64,000 bases of DNA. It comes from a bacterium. GTDB taxonomy: Bacteria > Patescibacteriota > Microgenomatia > UBA1400 > UBA12108. The notes below the pieces were generated by a model. That model saw only the letters and a list, made by a program, of their open reading frames with translations, ran no database searches and was not told where the DNA came from. The position numbers were made by a program, and so were the translations under genes. This document shows, piece by piece, positions 49,338 to 60,072 of this stretch. The stretch lies in assembly GCA_021788365.1 (NCBI GenBank), contig JAJYKS010000002.1:96521-160520 (forward strand). Reading direction: 5' to 3'. Position 1 is the stretch's first letter. Each line of letters starts with the position of its first letter.

Positions 49338-52300
49338 ATGAACAGAACAATCGACTTAGATATTAAAGGCATGCACTGCCAATCATGCGAAATGCTGATT
49401 AAAGACGAACTTACGGCTCTTCCAGGTATTAAAGAAGTGAGTGTTGACCACAAGGCTGGTAAAGCCACAATTATTACAACCAACGGTCAGGTAACAGAGC
49501 AAACAATTATAGATGCTGTCAAAAGTGCTGGCTACCAAAGCCAGATTGTCCGAAAAGATAATCCTACCAATAGCCATTCGCTGATGACAAAAGAGCTCTT
49601 TGAACAACAAGTAAAACCACTTTTTGTGCTTCCTCCGGAGATAGAGATTGACGGAAAAGTTGGTCAAGATGAAGAGGGTCAATGGACCATTAAAGGAATA
49701 TTACGTTTCGGATCGGCACAAAAGTCCCCGTCTACACAGACAGTGACCTCCGACAGTATTATCTCAGCAGGCTCAGCAACAGGTAAAACAGAGCGCGCGA
49801 GTCTCGTCATTTCAGGCATGCATTGCTCCTCTTGTGCTGCAATTATTGAACGTCAATTAAAAAAAGTCCCAGGTGTTTCTGAAGCCAAAGTTAATTTCGC
49901 TTCAGAAAAAGCTTCAATTCTTTACGACACTGCGTCAGCCAAAGCTGACGATCTTATAAAAGCAGTAGAAAAAGCAGGATACAAAGGAATGCTTGCAAGC
50001 TCTGAAGACTCTCAAGCTCAAACCAAACGTCAACTATCGGAAATTAAAGGGCAATGGAAAAAATTTCTATTCAGCCTTGTTCTCTCATCACCGATGATTT
50101 ACTTCATGTTCTTAGATTTCTTTAATTTCTTACCGGGAGGAAAGACGTTACTTCCCTATATTGGAATTATTTCCTTCATCTTAGCAACGCCTGTACAGTT
50201 TATTAGCGGCGCAAGTTTCTATAAAGGCATGATATCAGCACTCAAGATGCGGACGTTTAATATGGATAGTCTGATTGCTATTGGGACATCAGTTGCCTAT
50301 TTCTACAGTGTCGCCAACTTTTTTTCCTTTTATAGCGCAACTGGTTCTCTGATTGGATTAAACGGCGCTAAAATACCAGAATTGTATTTCGAAACCGCCG
50401 CGTTCCTTATAACTTTCGTTATCTTGGGTAAATATCTTGAAGCAAAAGCCAAAGGCAGAACCGGCGAAGCTATCAAAAAACTCATGGGTCTACAGGCAAA
50501 AACCGCCAGAGTTATCAGAAACGGGGAAACTCTGGATATCCCGACGGACCAAGTGGTGAAAAACGATATCATTGTGGTGCGTCCAGGCGAAAAAGTACCA
50601 GTCGATGGCGTCATAATCAAGGGGGCATCATCTATTGATGAGTCCATGATCACCGGCGAAAGTATGCCGTGCGAAAAACATGTTGACGATATGGTAATTG
50701 GTGGCACAATCAATAAAGTCGGCAGCTTTGAGTTCATGGCAACGAGAATTGGCTCGGAAACGACTCTTTCGCAAATCATCCGCCTTGTGGAAGACGCACA
50801 AGGATCGAAGGCGCCTATTCAGGCAGTTGCCGATCGTATTTCAGCGTTCTTCGTTCCTGGAGTCATTACCATTGCGGCACTCACATTTGTCGTCTGGTAC
50901 TTCTTCTTGGGAGCACCACTCTCATTTGCGCTTATGGCCTTTACGGCCGTAATCGTCATTGCGTGTCCCTGTGCCCTTGGATTGGCTACACCGACCGCCA
51001 TTATGGTCGGCACAGGTGTCGGAGCCGAACATGGAATTTTAGTCAAAGGCGGAGAACCACTGGAGAGTGCCAGCAAAATCAATACCATCGTTTTTGATAA
51101 AACCGGTACGATTACCAAGGGCAAACCGGAAGTCACCGATGTTGAGGATGTAGGTTCCATGGACGAGGAAGAAGTGCTCACTATTTCAGCAAGTTTGGAG
51201 AAGCAGTCGGAACATCCACTTGCCGAGGCCATCTATTCCTACGCACAGGAAGAGAGAGTTGTTCTCAGTGATGTTGATAAGTTTGCAGCAATACCTGGAC
51301 ATGGAGTCAAAGGCACGATCGGTAAAACCGAGTATTATTTTGGCAACCGTAAGCTCATAACAGAAACCCTCAGTCTGGAAGTCGGGAAATTCGAACGCAA
51401 ACTAACCCGGATGGAAGAGCAGGGAAAGACCGCTATGATTTTGGCAACCAAAAAAGAAATCTTGGGGCTCATTGGGGTAGCTGATACGGTTAAGGAAACC
51501 TCTCGTGAGGCCGTAGAGATGCTTACCAAGATGGGTATCGAGGTTTGGATGATCACCGGCGACAATACCCGCACCGCCAAAGCTATAGCCGCTCAAGTCG
51601 GAATAACCAACGTTCTTGCTGAGGTCTTACCTCAGGACAAAGCCAATGAGGTGAAAAAACTTCAGGATGCTGGCAAGAAAGTAGCCATGGTTGGCGATGG
51701 TATCAACGACGCTCCTGCCCTAGCACAGGCTGATCTTGGTATTGCCATGGGGTCAGGCACTGATGTAGCCATGGAAGCAGGCGGAATTGTCATTATAAAG
51801 AACGATCTGCGAGATGTCGTACACGCTCTGGAACTATCAAAAACGACAGTGCAAAAAATACAACAGAATATGTTTTTTGCATTATTTTACAACGTGATTG
51901 GCATCCCAATTGCAGCACGGATATTCTCATTCGTCGGATTAGTACTCAAACCAGAGCTCGCTGGTCTTGCCATGGCGTTAAGCTCTGTATCTGTGGTCGG
52001 TAATTCGTTATTGCTGCGCAAATATAAGCCAGGCAAAAAGAACTATCTTTCCATGTTTGCTCCGGCAATCATGATGATTGCGTTTACCGTTCTATTTATC
52101 GAATTTGCCCGGTTTAGCTCAACTATGGCAGCACCAGCTAAGATGGATATTAAAGAAAAAACAAGCCAAGTGCTGATTAATAAAAATGTGATCATCGCTA
52201 AAACTTCTGAAGGCGTGGAAAAGAAGTTCTATATGGTCGATGCCAAGGCTTCAAAAGACCTAGCTAATAAACTTCCAATAGACGGTTTTAATATCGTCTA

Positions 52301-52511
52301 TATCGGTGGAAAAAAATATCTTCCGGTATATATTGGCTATGATGAGGCGCAAGTCATGATAAAAGAAAAACTCTTTACTAAAGAAGGTGACACGATTTCG
52401 GACTTCTTTGGTAATGACGTAATTGTGTCCGGTATTTTAGCCAAGACAAATACCAGTCTAGATAATTATCATTTTGTTAAAGATGGATTTAAGATCGCTT
52501 CAGCAAAATAG
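49338..52511 (+). CDS. copA: Cu(I)-translocating P1B-1 ATPase with two HMA domains and a C-terminal extension
   Basis: [41 protein letters not shown]. Confidence 0.94.
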   Translation: MNRTIDLDIKGMHCQSCEMLIKDELTALPGIKEVSVDHKAGKATIITTNGQVTEQTIIDAVKSAGYQSQIVRKDNPTNSHSLMTKELFEQQVKPLFVLPPEIEIDGKVGQDEEGQWTIKGILRFGSAQKSPSTQTVTSDSIISAGSATGKTERASLVISGMHCSSCAAIIERQLKKVPGVSEAKVNFASEKASILYDTASAKADDLIKAVEKAGYKGMLASSEDSQAQTKRQLSEIKGQWKKFLFSLVLSSPMIYFMFLDFFNFLPGGKTLLPYIGIISFILATPVQFISGASFYKGMISALKMRTFNMDSLIAIGTSVAYFYSVANFFSFYSATGSLIGLNGAKIPELYFETAAFLITFVILGKYLEAKAKGRTGEAIKKLMGLQAKTARVIRNGETLDIPTDQVVKNDIIVVRPGEKVPVDGVIIKGASSIDESMITGESMPCEKHVDDMVIGGTINKVGSFEFMATRIGSETTLSQIIRLVEDAQGSKAPIQAVADRISAFFVPGVITIAALTFVVWYFFLGAPLSFALMAFTAVIVIACPCALGLATPTAIMVGTGVGAEHGILVKGGEPLESASKINTIVFDKTGTITKGKPEVTDVEDVGSMDEEEVLTISASLEKQSEHPLAEAIYSYAQEERVVLSDVDKFAAIPGHGVKGTIGKTEYYFGNRKLITETLSLEVGKFERKLTRMEEQGKTAMILATKKEILGLIGVADTVKETSREAVEMLTKMGIEVWMITGDNTRTAKAIAAQVGITNVLAEVLPQDKANEVKKLQDAGKKVAMVGDGINDAPALAQADLGIAMGSGTDVAMEAGGIVIIKNDLRDVVHALELSKTTVQKIQQNMFFALFYNVIGIPIAARIFSFVGLVLKPELAGLAMALSSVSVVGNSLLLRKYKPGKKNYLSMFAPAIMMIAFTVLFIEFARFSSTMAAPAKMDIKEKTSQVLINKNVIIAKTSEGVEKKFYMVDAKASKDLANKLPIDGFNIVYIGGKKYLPVYIGYDEAQVMIKEKLFTKEGDTISDFFGNDVIVSGILAKTNTSLDNYHFVKDGFKIASAK

Positions 52512-52529
52512 AGTTTGTGAGAACAACTC

Positions 52530-52580
52530 GATAGCTCGTTTCGGCAGTTACTGCAAATAACTGTGTCAGAACGAGCTATC
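52530..52580. repeat. Long inverted repeat between the cargo and the T4SS promoter
   Basis: GATAGCTCGTT(52530-40)/AACGAGCTATC(52570-80), inner CAGTTA/TAACTG. Confidence 0.75.
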
Positions 52581-52583
52581 TTG

Positions 52584-52656
52584 TTGACTTTGCCTCCGGT
52601 CTGTATCATAATCCGCTCAAGTTCAAAAGAGCTGCCCCTCCGATAGGGGCTTTTTT
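52584..52656 (+). promoter_or_regulatory. T4SS operon promoter followed by an intrinsic terminator in the leader
   Basis: TTGACT(52584)-17-CATAAT(52607), then GCCCCT-CCGAT-AGGGGC-TTTTTT(52634-52656), upstream of the pilin SD. Confidence 0.65.
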
Positions 52657-52711
52657 GTAGCTAAAAGCCTGCCGTCTATTAACAAATTATTTATTTGTAA
52701 GGAGGTGGGTT

Positions 52712-53047
52712 ATGAATAAAAAATTAATCACTATATCTTCACTAGCCATCATGGCGCTAGTATTTGCATCTCCAGCATACGCAGCAGCAGGTGACGTCAC
52801 CAACGTTGAAACATTCATCAAGAGCATCATTCTCATTCTCGTTAAAATTGCTGGACTTGTCGCAGCCGGATTCTTTGTCTGGGGAGGGTTTGGATATATC
52901 ACCAGTTCCGGAAATCCTGAAATGCTTGATCGTTCCAAGAAAACAATTTTGTACTCTGCAATCGGGCTTGCGGTTGTTCTTGGTGCGTTTGTTTTAACAA
53001 ATATCGTATCCGACTTGGCTACCGGTGCATTTGGTGCCACGCCGTAA
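52712..53047 (+). CDS. TrbC/VirB2-like pilin
   Basis: Signal ..PAYAA, 2 TM segments, GFGYITSSGNPEMLDRSKKTILYSAIGL. Confidence 0.8.
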   Translation: MNKKLITISSLAIMALVFASPAYAAAGDVTNVETFIKSIILILVKIAGLVAAGFFVWGGFGYITSSGNPEMLDRSKKTILYSAIGLAVVLGAFVLTNIVSDLATGAFGATP

Positions 53048-53074
53048 ATACAATTATGCACGAAAAAATACTTT

Positions 53075-54352
53075 ATGCTGAAACTGATGCTCTTGGCCGG
53101 TATCATACTTAGCTCGTTATTATTTCCTCACTCAGTTCTGGCCGCTTCTTCAATTCCTGAAATTACTTCATACACTTCGGATACACTCACCATTATCACT
53201 CTGATTGCCTCTGCGTCTGCAGTATTCTTTTTACTGCGTGGTGGGTATCTTTATATCACTTCAACCGGCAAACCGGAGGTTCTAGAAGAAGCTAAGAAAA
53301 CAATTCGTAATGCGCTACTTGGCCTTGTTCTTGTTATCGCGGCACACGCCATCGTTTCCACTCTTCAAGGTGCGCTTGTTGGCAATACAAATACAGGTAC
53401 AATATCGAATCTTCCGTTAGCCCAGATTGAAAGTGTCAAACCAAATGAGGGATTAACTCAAGTACTGATTGATGCCGTCAATGGATTTATCCAAAATATC
53501 GTGGAAAGCTCTACAAAGCCTGTGGTGGACGGAATTATGACCATGCTTACCACGACACCGGAATTACTAACAAATGGCACGATTGTTAAATTTTGGCTCA
53601 TTATGCTAGGTATTACTGATACACTTTTTGTTCTGGTTGTCGCTTTTTTGGGACTTCAGTTTATGAGTACCTCCACTTTTGGATTTGAGGAGATTGAATT
53701 CAAGCATCTGCTTCCCAGAATTGGCTTAGCCTTCCTGGGGACGAATATATCTTTGTTTCTCGCTGATTATGCCGTAAAGACTTGTAACGCTCTGGTGAGT
53801 GGCGTCATTTCAGCAACAGGTGGTCTTAATCATGCATGGATTACAAACGCTATCACACTGCAAAACATCACCACTGGAACTGCACCATTAATTACTTTGA
53901 TATTTTTACTTCTCTTCTTGATAGTCGCAATTGTTCTACTACTCATGTATATCAGTCGGCTAATCGTTATTGCACTTGGAGCTGTCCTTTCACCTTTTAT
54001 TTTTCTTCTCTGGACACTCCCAAAAACTGCTGACTTTGCCGAAATGGCAATTAAGAGCTATTTAGTCTCCGTATTTATGATCTTTATCCATGTCGTAACA
54101 ATTCAATTGGCAGGGTCGTTTCTGGCGCTTCCGGAACAAACGAATAATTCACTTATCTCAGTGGCTGTTGCAATTGGACTTCTATTTACCTTACTTAAAA
54201 TTCCGAGCTTTCTCATGCAACTTATTCTTTTCTCACGAAGTGTGGGAACGGTCAAAAGCATGGGCAGTCAGATTATTAACGTCATGAGTACAGATTCAAC
54301 ACATAAGGGAACGGTCGGAGCTAAGACACCGAGGAAGTCGATCAATATATGA
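53075..54352 (+). CDS. Pilin-like domain fused to a VirB6/TrbL-like polytopic membrane protein
   Basis: N-terminal GYLYITSTGKPEVLEEAKKTIRNALLGL resembles the upstream pilin. C-terminal multi-TM region with RLIVI..VLSPFIF..LPKT. Confidence 0.7.
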   Translation: MLKLMLLAGIILSSLLFPHSVLAASSIPEITSYTSDTLTIITLIASASAVFFLLRGGYLYITSTGKPEVLEEAKKTIRNALLGLVLVIAAHAIVSTLQGALVGNTNTGTISNLPLAQIESVKPNEGLTQVLIDAVNGFIQNIVESSTKPVVDGIMTMLTTTPELLTNGTIVKFWLIMLGITDTLFVLVVAFLGLQFMSTSTFGFEEIEFKHLLPRIGLAFLGTNISLFLADYAVKTCNALVSGVISATGGLNHAWITNAITLQNITTGTAPLITLIFLLLFLIVAIVLLLMYISRLIVIALGAVLSPFIFLLWTLPKTADFAEMAIKSYLVSVFMIFIHVVTIQLAGSFLALPEQTNNSLISVAVAIGLLFTLLKIPSFLMQLILFSRSVGTVKSMGSQIINVMSTDSTHKGTVGAKTPRKSINI

Positions 54353-54822
54353 GAACAACAATTATTCCGGCACAAATCACTACTGTCGAAGACAAAATTG
54401 CAGGATCACTGAATTTTGTTCAGATAATGCTCATGATGACACCCGTGCTCTGGGGGACCTTGGTGTATGCAATCTTTAGTCCGGTCATGAAGATATCACC
54501 ATACAAAATTAGCTTAGTTCTGTTCGTAACCGCCATATCACTCGTCTTGGCGCTCAGGATAAAAGATAAAATAATTGCTGAGTGGATTGGTATACTTCTT
54601 CGGTATAAATTACGGCCTACATATTATGTATTTAACAAAAATGACGTAAGCGAACGCATAATTGATCTGCCGTTTGAACCAACATCCCATCATAAGACTT
54701 CAGTAGCAAAAGCCGGAAAAAAACAAACAACCGAATTATCGATAGAAGAGCTAATACGTCTTGAACAGGCGATGAACTCAAAACGACTCGCTGTCTCATT
54801 TCATTATGGAAAAAGAGGATAA
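54349..54822 (+). CDS. PrgI-family (VirB3-like) protein
   Basis: IPAQITTVEDKIAGSLNFVQ, 2 TM segments, RPTYYVF. Confidence 0.8.
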   Translation: MRTTIIPAQITTVEDKIAGSLNFVQIMLMMTPVLWGTLVYAIFSPVMKISPYKISLVLFVTAISLVLALRIKDKIIAEWIGILLRYKLRPTYYVFNKNDVSERIIDLPFEPTSHHKTSVAKAGKKQTTELSIEELIRLEQAMNSKRLAVSFHYGKRG

Positions 54823-54824
54823 CT

Positions 54825-55439
54825 ATGGCGCTATTTAAGCCAAAAACACAATCATCACGTCAGCAGATCCAGATCAAAAAGGTCTTTGATAATGTATTGG
54901 TGTTACCAAACCAAGAATACCGGATGATTCTTGAAACGTCCTCCATTAACTTTGAGCTCAAGAGTGAAGAAGAGCAGGATGTGATGATCGACAGTTTTCA
55001 AAATTTCCTCAATGCGCTACCGTGCCAAATTCAAATACTCGTTCGGGTCAGGGAAATCGATATCGATAAATACGCAGAAGATGTAGCGAGATCAAAGGAT
55101 AAAGAAAAAGATCCCATCTACCGGAAACAAATAGAGGGATACAGCGCATTTGTCAAAAAGCTGGTATCCGGCAACAGTATCCTTTCCCGACGGTTCTATA
55201 TTATTTTGCCATATCACCATCCAGATCGTCACGAAGATTGGAAAGTGATCAAAGAACACCTCAATCTAAATCGCGATATTGTCGTCAAAGGCTTGGAACG
55301 GATGCAGATGAAGGCAAAGGTTCTCTCGAGCCTGGAAATTATCAATCTGTTCTACAGTTTTTATAATCCTGAGTCGGTGAAAACTCAGGCAATTACCAAA
55401 GAGGCATTATCAGCACTATTCACTCATAATTATGTTTAA
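54825..55439 (+). CDS. T4SS protein resembling the VirB4/TraC N-terminal region
   Basis: ILETSSINFELKSEEEQ..FQNFLNAL..IQIL..RRFYI..YSFYNP. Confidence 0.7.
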   Translation: MALFKPKTQSSRQQIQIKKVFDNVLVLPNQEYRMILETSSINFELKSEEEQDVMIDSFQNFLNALPCQIQILVRVREIDIDKYAEDVARSKDKEKDPIYRKQIEGYSAFVKKLVSGNSILSRRFYIILPYHHPDRHEDWKVIKEHLNLNRDIVVKGLERMQMKAKVLSSLEIINLFYSFYNPESVKTQAITKEALSALFTHNYV

Positions 55440-57219
55440 TCTAACCAAAATCAAACCTATTCGGGATTGGCAGAGGCGCCAAAAGAAAAAACGCCTCACT
55501 CATCAGGCGATCAATATCACGTTTGGTGAACAAGACCAACTTGAGCTTATGTCCTATGCCGGAATGAAAGAAGAATCCAGTTATTTGCAGATCAATGATA
55601 CGTTCGTGAGAACTCTGTTTGTGTCAGGTTACCCATATGTTGCTTCAACCGGTTGGCTATCGATGCTCGTAAACTTCAACCACAATATCGATATCAACTA
55701 CCATATAGAGCAAATTGACCCACTCATTGCCTTGCCTAAATTGAATCGGAAGATTACAGAACTTGAATCTACTAAACGCACCATGCTCAAAGAGGGTCGG
55801 GTGATTGGGAGTGAAATTACTGATCCGCTCGAATCGGCCATGGAGCTTAAAGATAAAATTCAACGAGGTATGGAAAAGCTGTTTCAGGTCTCAATCTATA
55901 TGACTGTTACTGCCGATAGTCTTGTTGAGCTTAATAAAGTCACAAAACTACTGGAAACGGTCATGCAGACACGACTTTTCTACATTAAGCCAGCGACGTT
56001 TCAACAAGTCGAAGCACTTCAATCCATATTGCCCAGAGGTGAAAACAAATTAGCTCAGAAACGAAATCTGGATAGCTCAAGCGCCGCCTTGACCTTCCCG
56101 TTTGTCTCATCTGAACTCGTCCAAGAATCAGGCATCTTATATGGTATCAACAAATCAAATAACTCACTGGTCATTATCGACCGGTATAGTTTAAACAACG
56201 CCAACTCGATAATTTTTGCCCAGAGTGGATCCGGAAAAAGCTTTACCGCTAAAGTCGAGATACTCCGGCACCTCATGCAAGGCACAAAAGTCATTGTGAT
56301 CGACCCAGAACGCGAATATAAACAACTGGCCAAAAGTGTGGGTGGTACATATATCAAGCTATCAAGTACATCCAAGGAAAAGATTAATCCGTTTGATTAC
56401 TCCCAGAATTCGGTGACGGGTGAAAATAGCCTCACTGAACACATCCAAGACCTGACAGAACTCATTTCTCTTATGGTTGGCTCTCTGACCTCCGAAGAGC
56501 GGGCAACAGTCGACAGAGCCCTCCTACAAACGTATAAGAACGTAGGGTTAAGTAAGAGAAAGAACGGGAAAAAGCCAGCAAAAATTGTATATCCACTCCT
56601 CAAAGACTTTTACAACGAGCTTAAGGCATTAAAACATAAAGACCTTTGCAATCGGCTTGAACGGTTTGTGAAAGGGTCACTTGGTGGAGTATTCGATTCC
56701 CAAACCAACATTGAGATGAATAATCGCCTCGTCGTGTTTGATATTAAAGATCTCAGCGAGTCCTTACGTCAAATCATGATGATGGTGGTTGCTAACTTCG
56801 TACATAGCGAAGTCAAACAGAGTCCACAAAAGCGCATGTTAGTTATCGATGAGGGTTGGATACTCCTACAAGAGCCGGAGAGCGCCAGATTTATCTCAGG
56901 CTTAGTACGACGCGCCAGAAAATACTATCTGGGAGTCACCATTATCACGCAACAAGCCAACGATTTTCTTTCACAGGAATACGGCAAAGCAGTAGCCAGC
57001 CAATCCTCCCTGCGCATATTAATGAGACAAGATACAACCACCATCAAAAAAGTTGCCGAAGAGTTTCACCTCTCAGCCTTTGAACAGCACTATTTATTAA
57101 CGTGCGAGCGGGGTGAGGCATTAATTATTGCCGATCAGAATCATGTTGCTGTTAAAGTAGTGGCATCTGAGGAAGAACACCCGCTTCTTACAACTGATCC
57201 TCGGGAAATATACATCTGA
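55432..57219 (+). CDS. VirB4-like T4SS ATPase
   Basis: NANSIIFAQSGSGKSF, VIDPEREY, LVIDEGW, RRARKY, ITQQ. Confidence 0.9.
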   Translation: MFNLTKIKPIRDWQRRQKKKRLTHQAINITFGEQDQLELMSYAGMKEESSYLQINDTFVRTLFVSGYPYVASTGWLSMLVNFNHNIDINYHIEQIDPLIALPKLNRKITELESTKRTMLKEGRVIGSEITDPLESAMELKDKIQRGMEKLFQVSIYMTVTADSLVELNKVTKLLETVMQTRLFYIKPATFQQVEALQSILPRGENKLAQKRNLDSSSAALTFPFVSSELVQESGILYGINKSNNSLVIIDRYSLNNANSIIFAQSGSGKSFTAKVEILRHLMQGTKVIVIDPEREYKQLAKSVGGTYIKLSSTSKEKINPFDYSQNSVTGENSLTEHIQDLTELISLMVGSLTSEERATVDRALLQTYKNVGLSKRKNGKKPAKIVYPLLKDFYNELKALKHKDLCNRLERFVKGSLGGVFDSQTNIEMNNRLVVFDIKDLSESLRQIMMMVVANFVHSEVKQSPQKRMLVIDEGWILLQEPESARFISGLVRRARKYYLGVTIITQQANDFLSQEYGKAVASQSSLRILMRQDTTTIKKVAEEFHLSAFEQHYLLTCERGEALIIADQNHVAVKVVASEEEHPLLTTDPREIYI

Positions 57220-57220
57220 C

Positions 57221-57829
57221 ATGAATCCAAAACTGTTCCTTACTCTCTGGTCATTTCGCAAGGAACTGAAATTTGTATTCCTAGCATTTCTTGCGATCCT
57301 CATGTTTCCAGTCATCGGAGTAATCCTTCTTACTCAGGTTGGTATTAACATCATCTCTGATAAGCTGGTTGAAAGTAATCCGGTTACTCAATCAATTGAA
57401 ATCAAGGACCCGACATCCGGGAATGTGGTTAAATCAATCACTCCACAGGTTGTTTGGCCTGTACACGGGGTTATAACGCTAGAATTCGGACAGTCGAGTG
57501 GGTATCAGGTGTTCCATACAGGTATTGATATAGCCAATCCCAATGGACAGATCGGAGATCCAATTAACCCAGCCATGAACGGTGTCGTTACGTACGCCGG
57601 AGAAATATTCTGGGGGTATGGCAAACATATTATTATTGATAATGGGAACAATATTACAACCGTCTACGCGCATCTCGATAAGATTTATGTCTACCCAGGT
57701 CAGAAAGTTACTATCACAGATATGATTGGAAGAGAAGGACAAACCGGTTGGGCTACAGGACCTCATCTACACTTTGAAACAAGAATATATGGGATACCAG
57801 TCAATCCGAGAGTATTTTTAGGCCAGTAA
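57221..57829 (+). CDS. M23-family peptidoglycan endopeptidase
   Basis: HTGIDIA, YAHL, GQTGWATGPHLHFE. Confidence 0.93.
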   Translation: MNPKLFLTLWSFRKELKFVFLAFLAILMFPVIGVILLTQVGINIISDKLVESNPVTQSIEIKDPTSGNVVKSITPQVVWPVHGVITLEFGQSSGYQVFHTGIDIANPNGQIGDPINPAMNGVVTYAGEIFWGYGKHIIIDNGNNITTVYAHLDKIYVYPGQKVTITDMIGREGQTGWATGPHLHFETRIYGIPVNPRVFLGQ

Positions 57830-57877
57830 GTAACATTCATTACTGTAGCTTGATATAATTATATGTATCTGAATAAT

Positions 57878-58759
57878 ATGGCAACAACGATCAATCAAGC
57901 ATTTACACAATTTAAATCTAATCTAAATATTACTGGATTACAGGCGCAAACAGTTTCAACGCGTCAACAAAACGTGCGAAAGGTTGTCGAGGAAGGATTA
58001 ACCGTGTTGGATTCGTTCCTTACAGGATCTTACTCTAGAGGCACAATGATTTGTCCACTTTCTGAAGCTGATATAGATATTTTCATGGTACTCGATAATT
58101 CATATTACTATCATTACCATGGTAAAAATGGTGGTCAGGCAGGTTTATTGGACTTTGTGAAACGGACTTTACGAAAAACGTATACAAAAACACCGGACAT
58201 AAGCAGGAACGGCCAAGCAGTTACAATTAGATTTGATGATTTTATGGTTGATGTAATCCCAGCATTTAATCGGCAAGGTGGAGGGTATTTGATTCCGAAT
58301 TCTATAACTCAATCTTGGCTCTCAACAAATCCAAAAAAGCATGTTGAGTTAATCAGCGCATCAAATTCAGCTCACAATGGAGATTTCGTTCCACTTGTTA
58401 AAATGATCAAATGCTGGAACCGCAATATACAGTCTCACTTTCATTCTTTTCATCTTGAAGTACTTGCCCTCTCAATTTTTTCGAATATAGAAATATCGGA
58501 CTTACCGTCTGGGGTGCGATACTTTTTTGACAAAGCAAGAGTATTGGTTACAAAGCAAAATTCCGATCCGGCTGGGTATGACGGAGACGTAGGTAGCTAT
58601 ATAAATAACCAAGATAAGATCGATGAAGCCGTTTCAAGACTCCAGACAGCATATGATCGAGCAGTCAAAGCTGAATACTGCTCAACTCTAGGACAAACAA
58701 GCAATGCCATAGACGAATGGAGAAAAATATTTGGCAATTACTTCCCTACATATGGCTAA
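57878..58759 (+). CDS. cGAS/DncV-like nucleotidyltransferase (SMODS, CD-NTase)
   Basis: FLTGSYSRGT..ADIDI, VDVIPAF, YLIP..W..TNP, VKMIKCWN, SFHLE, DPAG, W.KIFG..FP. Confidence 0.9.
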   Translation: MATTINQAFTQFKSNLNITGLQAQTVSTRQQNVRKVVEEGLTVLDSFLTGSYSRGTMICPLSEADIDIFMVLDNSYYYHYHGKNGGQAGLLDFVKRTLRKTYTKTPDISRNGQAVTIRFDDFMVDVIPAFNRQGGGYLIPNSITQSWLSTNPKKHVELISASNSAHNGDFVPLVKMIKCWNRNIQSHFHSFHLEVLALSIFSNIEISDLPSGVRYFFDKARVLVTKQNSDPAGYDGDVGSYINNQDKIDEAVSRLQTAYDRAVKAEYCSTLGQTSNAIDEWRKIFGNYFPTYG

Positions 58760-59321
58760 TACTACGAGAACAACCAAAACTACCGCTAGTGAAAAACCTA
58801 TTTCTCAGGCGAAGGACGAAATTATTAAGGAGGCAAAAAGAATTGAAGAAGCCTGCCTTTTTTCAGCAAAGCGTCATTTTATTTCTGCTAATTTCTGGGG
58901 AGGTCTGAATTACTGGTTAGGTATACCAGCTGTCCTTTTATCTGGTGTTGTCGGAGTATCAGTATTCTCCGACTTTGATAAAACTCATACAATTTCAAAA
59001 TTGTCCTCAATTTTTGTAGCAGGCCTAACAAGCTTAATGACTTTTCTCAATCCCAATCAAAAATCATCGACACACCAAGACTCTGGTAATAGCTACGATG
59101 CTTTACTAAATAAGGTCAGAATATTTTGGTCAATAGACTGTTGGGAAGAGAAGTCGACAGAAGTGCTAACTGGAAGATTAAAGGGTATTTCGGAAGAAAA
59201 GGACAGATTAAATAAAACCAGTCCACAAACTATTGGAATATCGTACTTTCTTGCAAAACGATCAATCGAACGAGGAGAGGCAAGCTATACTGTCGATAAC
59301 CAAGACCTACCAGCCAATTAG
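58752..59321 (+). CDS. SLATT-domain two-TM effector
   Basis: RIEE..FSAKRHF..W..LNYWLGIP, second TM ending TFLNP..H..GNSY. Overlaps the CD-NTase stop. Confidence 0.82.
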   Translation: MANTTRTTKTTASEKPISQAKDEIIKEAKRIEEACLFSAKRHFISANFWGGLNYWLGIPAVLLSGVVGVSVFSDFDKTHTISKLSSIFVAGLTSLMTFLNPNQKSSTHQDSGNSYDALLNKVRIFWSIDCWEEKSTEVLTGRLKGISEEKDRLNKTSPQTIGISYFLAKRSIERGEASYTVDNQDLPAN

Positions 59322-59548
59322 TTTGGTAAATCTTCTTCAGACTTCAAATCTCGAGCTTTCATGCTCATAAACGTATCAGAGGTTTTAAGAAGTTCGGCAA
59401 ACTCAATAGCATTTTCATTATGGTCAGGATCAAGAACATCGAGTATTTTCTGCACATCATCCATAACGTTGATATTCATATTATGATCATGCGCATATTG
59501 AAGCGCATCTATCACGAGTTCAGACTTTTGTGAAACTGGATCTTTCAT
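59318..59548 (-). CDS. Small acidic hypothetical protein
   Basis: 76 aa, SD AAGGAG, directly downstream of the PLD gene. Confidence 0.7.
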   Translation of the reverse strand: MKDPVSQKSELVIDALQYAHDHNMNINVMDDVQKILDVLDPDHNENAIEFAELLKTSDTFMSMKARDLKSEEDLPN

Positions 59549-59559
59549 AATTTTCTCCT

Positions 59560-60072
59560 TTAGTATAACAAATGTTTTTTAATATCACTAACTTGATCGT
59601 ATTTCAAAAATTTAAACAAGACTTCTGCCTTTTGCTTGTTTTCGTCACGCTCCATAAACTCACGAGTATTTCGGTGAGAGAGGATATTGAGACTGCCTTT
59701 CCATACTATTGTCCTATCAATCATTGCCAACTTCCTATGGTGTGACTTACAGAGAAGTACCTGAATGCCTAATTTCTCAAAATATTGTATTCCTGCCTCA
59801 GATTGCTCGACCATGAACGAATCATGCTCTTCGGGATGTCTCGTGATGATAAATACCGCCACCCCTCGCGCAATCAACCGTTCAAAAGCAGCTTTCAGAC
59901 TACGCATCTTCGGAACCGTGATATATGGACTTTCAATAATCACTTCTTGCTTCGCTTGGTTCAAATCCTGCTCGAATTGGTAGTAAAAGCTATTTTCATC
60001 TGTTAAAATATAGCTTGCAGTCTGGGAATCAAGAGATTGCGTGTCCATTGGGGACTTAGTGAACCAGTTCAT
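59560..60072 (-). CDS. Phospholipase D-like (single HKD, Nuc-type) putative nuclease
   Basis: IIESPYIT, HRKLAMID..WKGSLN, E.M. SD AAGGAGG. Confidence 0.85.
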   Translation of the reverse strand: MNWFTKSPMDTQSLDSQTASYILTDENSFYYQFEQDLNQAKQEVIIESPYITVPKMRSLKAAFERLIARGVAVFIITRHPEEHDSFMVEQSEAGIQYFEKLGIQVLLCKSHHRKLAMIDRTIVWKGSLNILSHRNTREFMERDENKQKAEVLFKFLKYDQVSDIKKHLLY

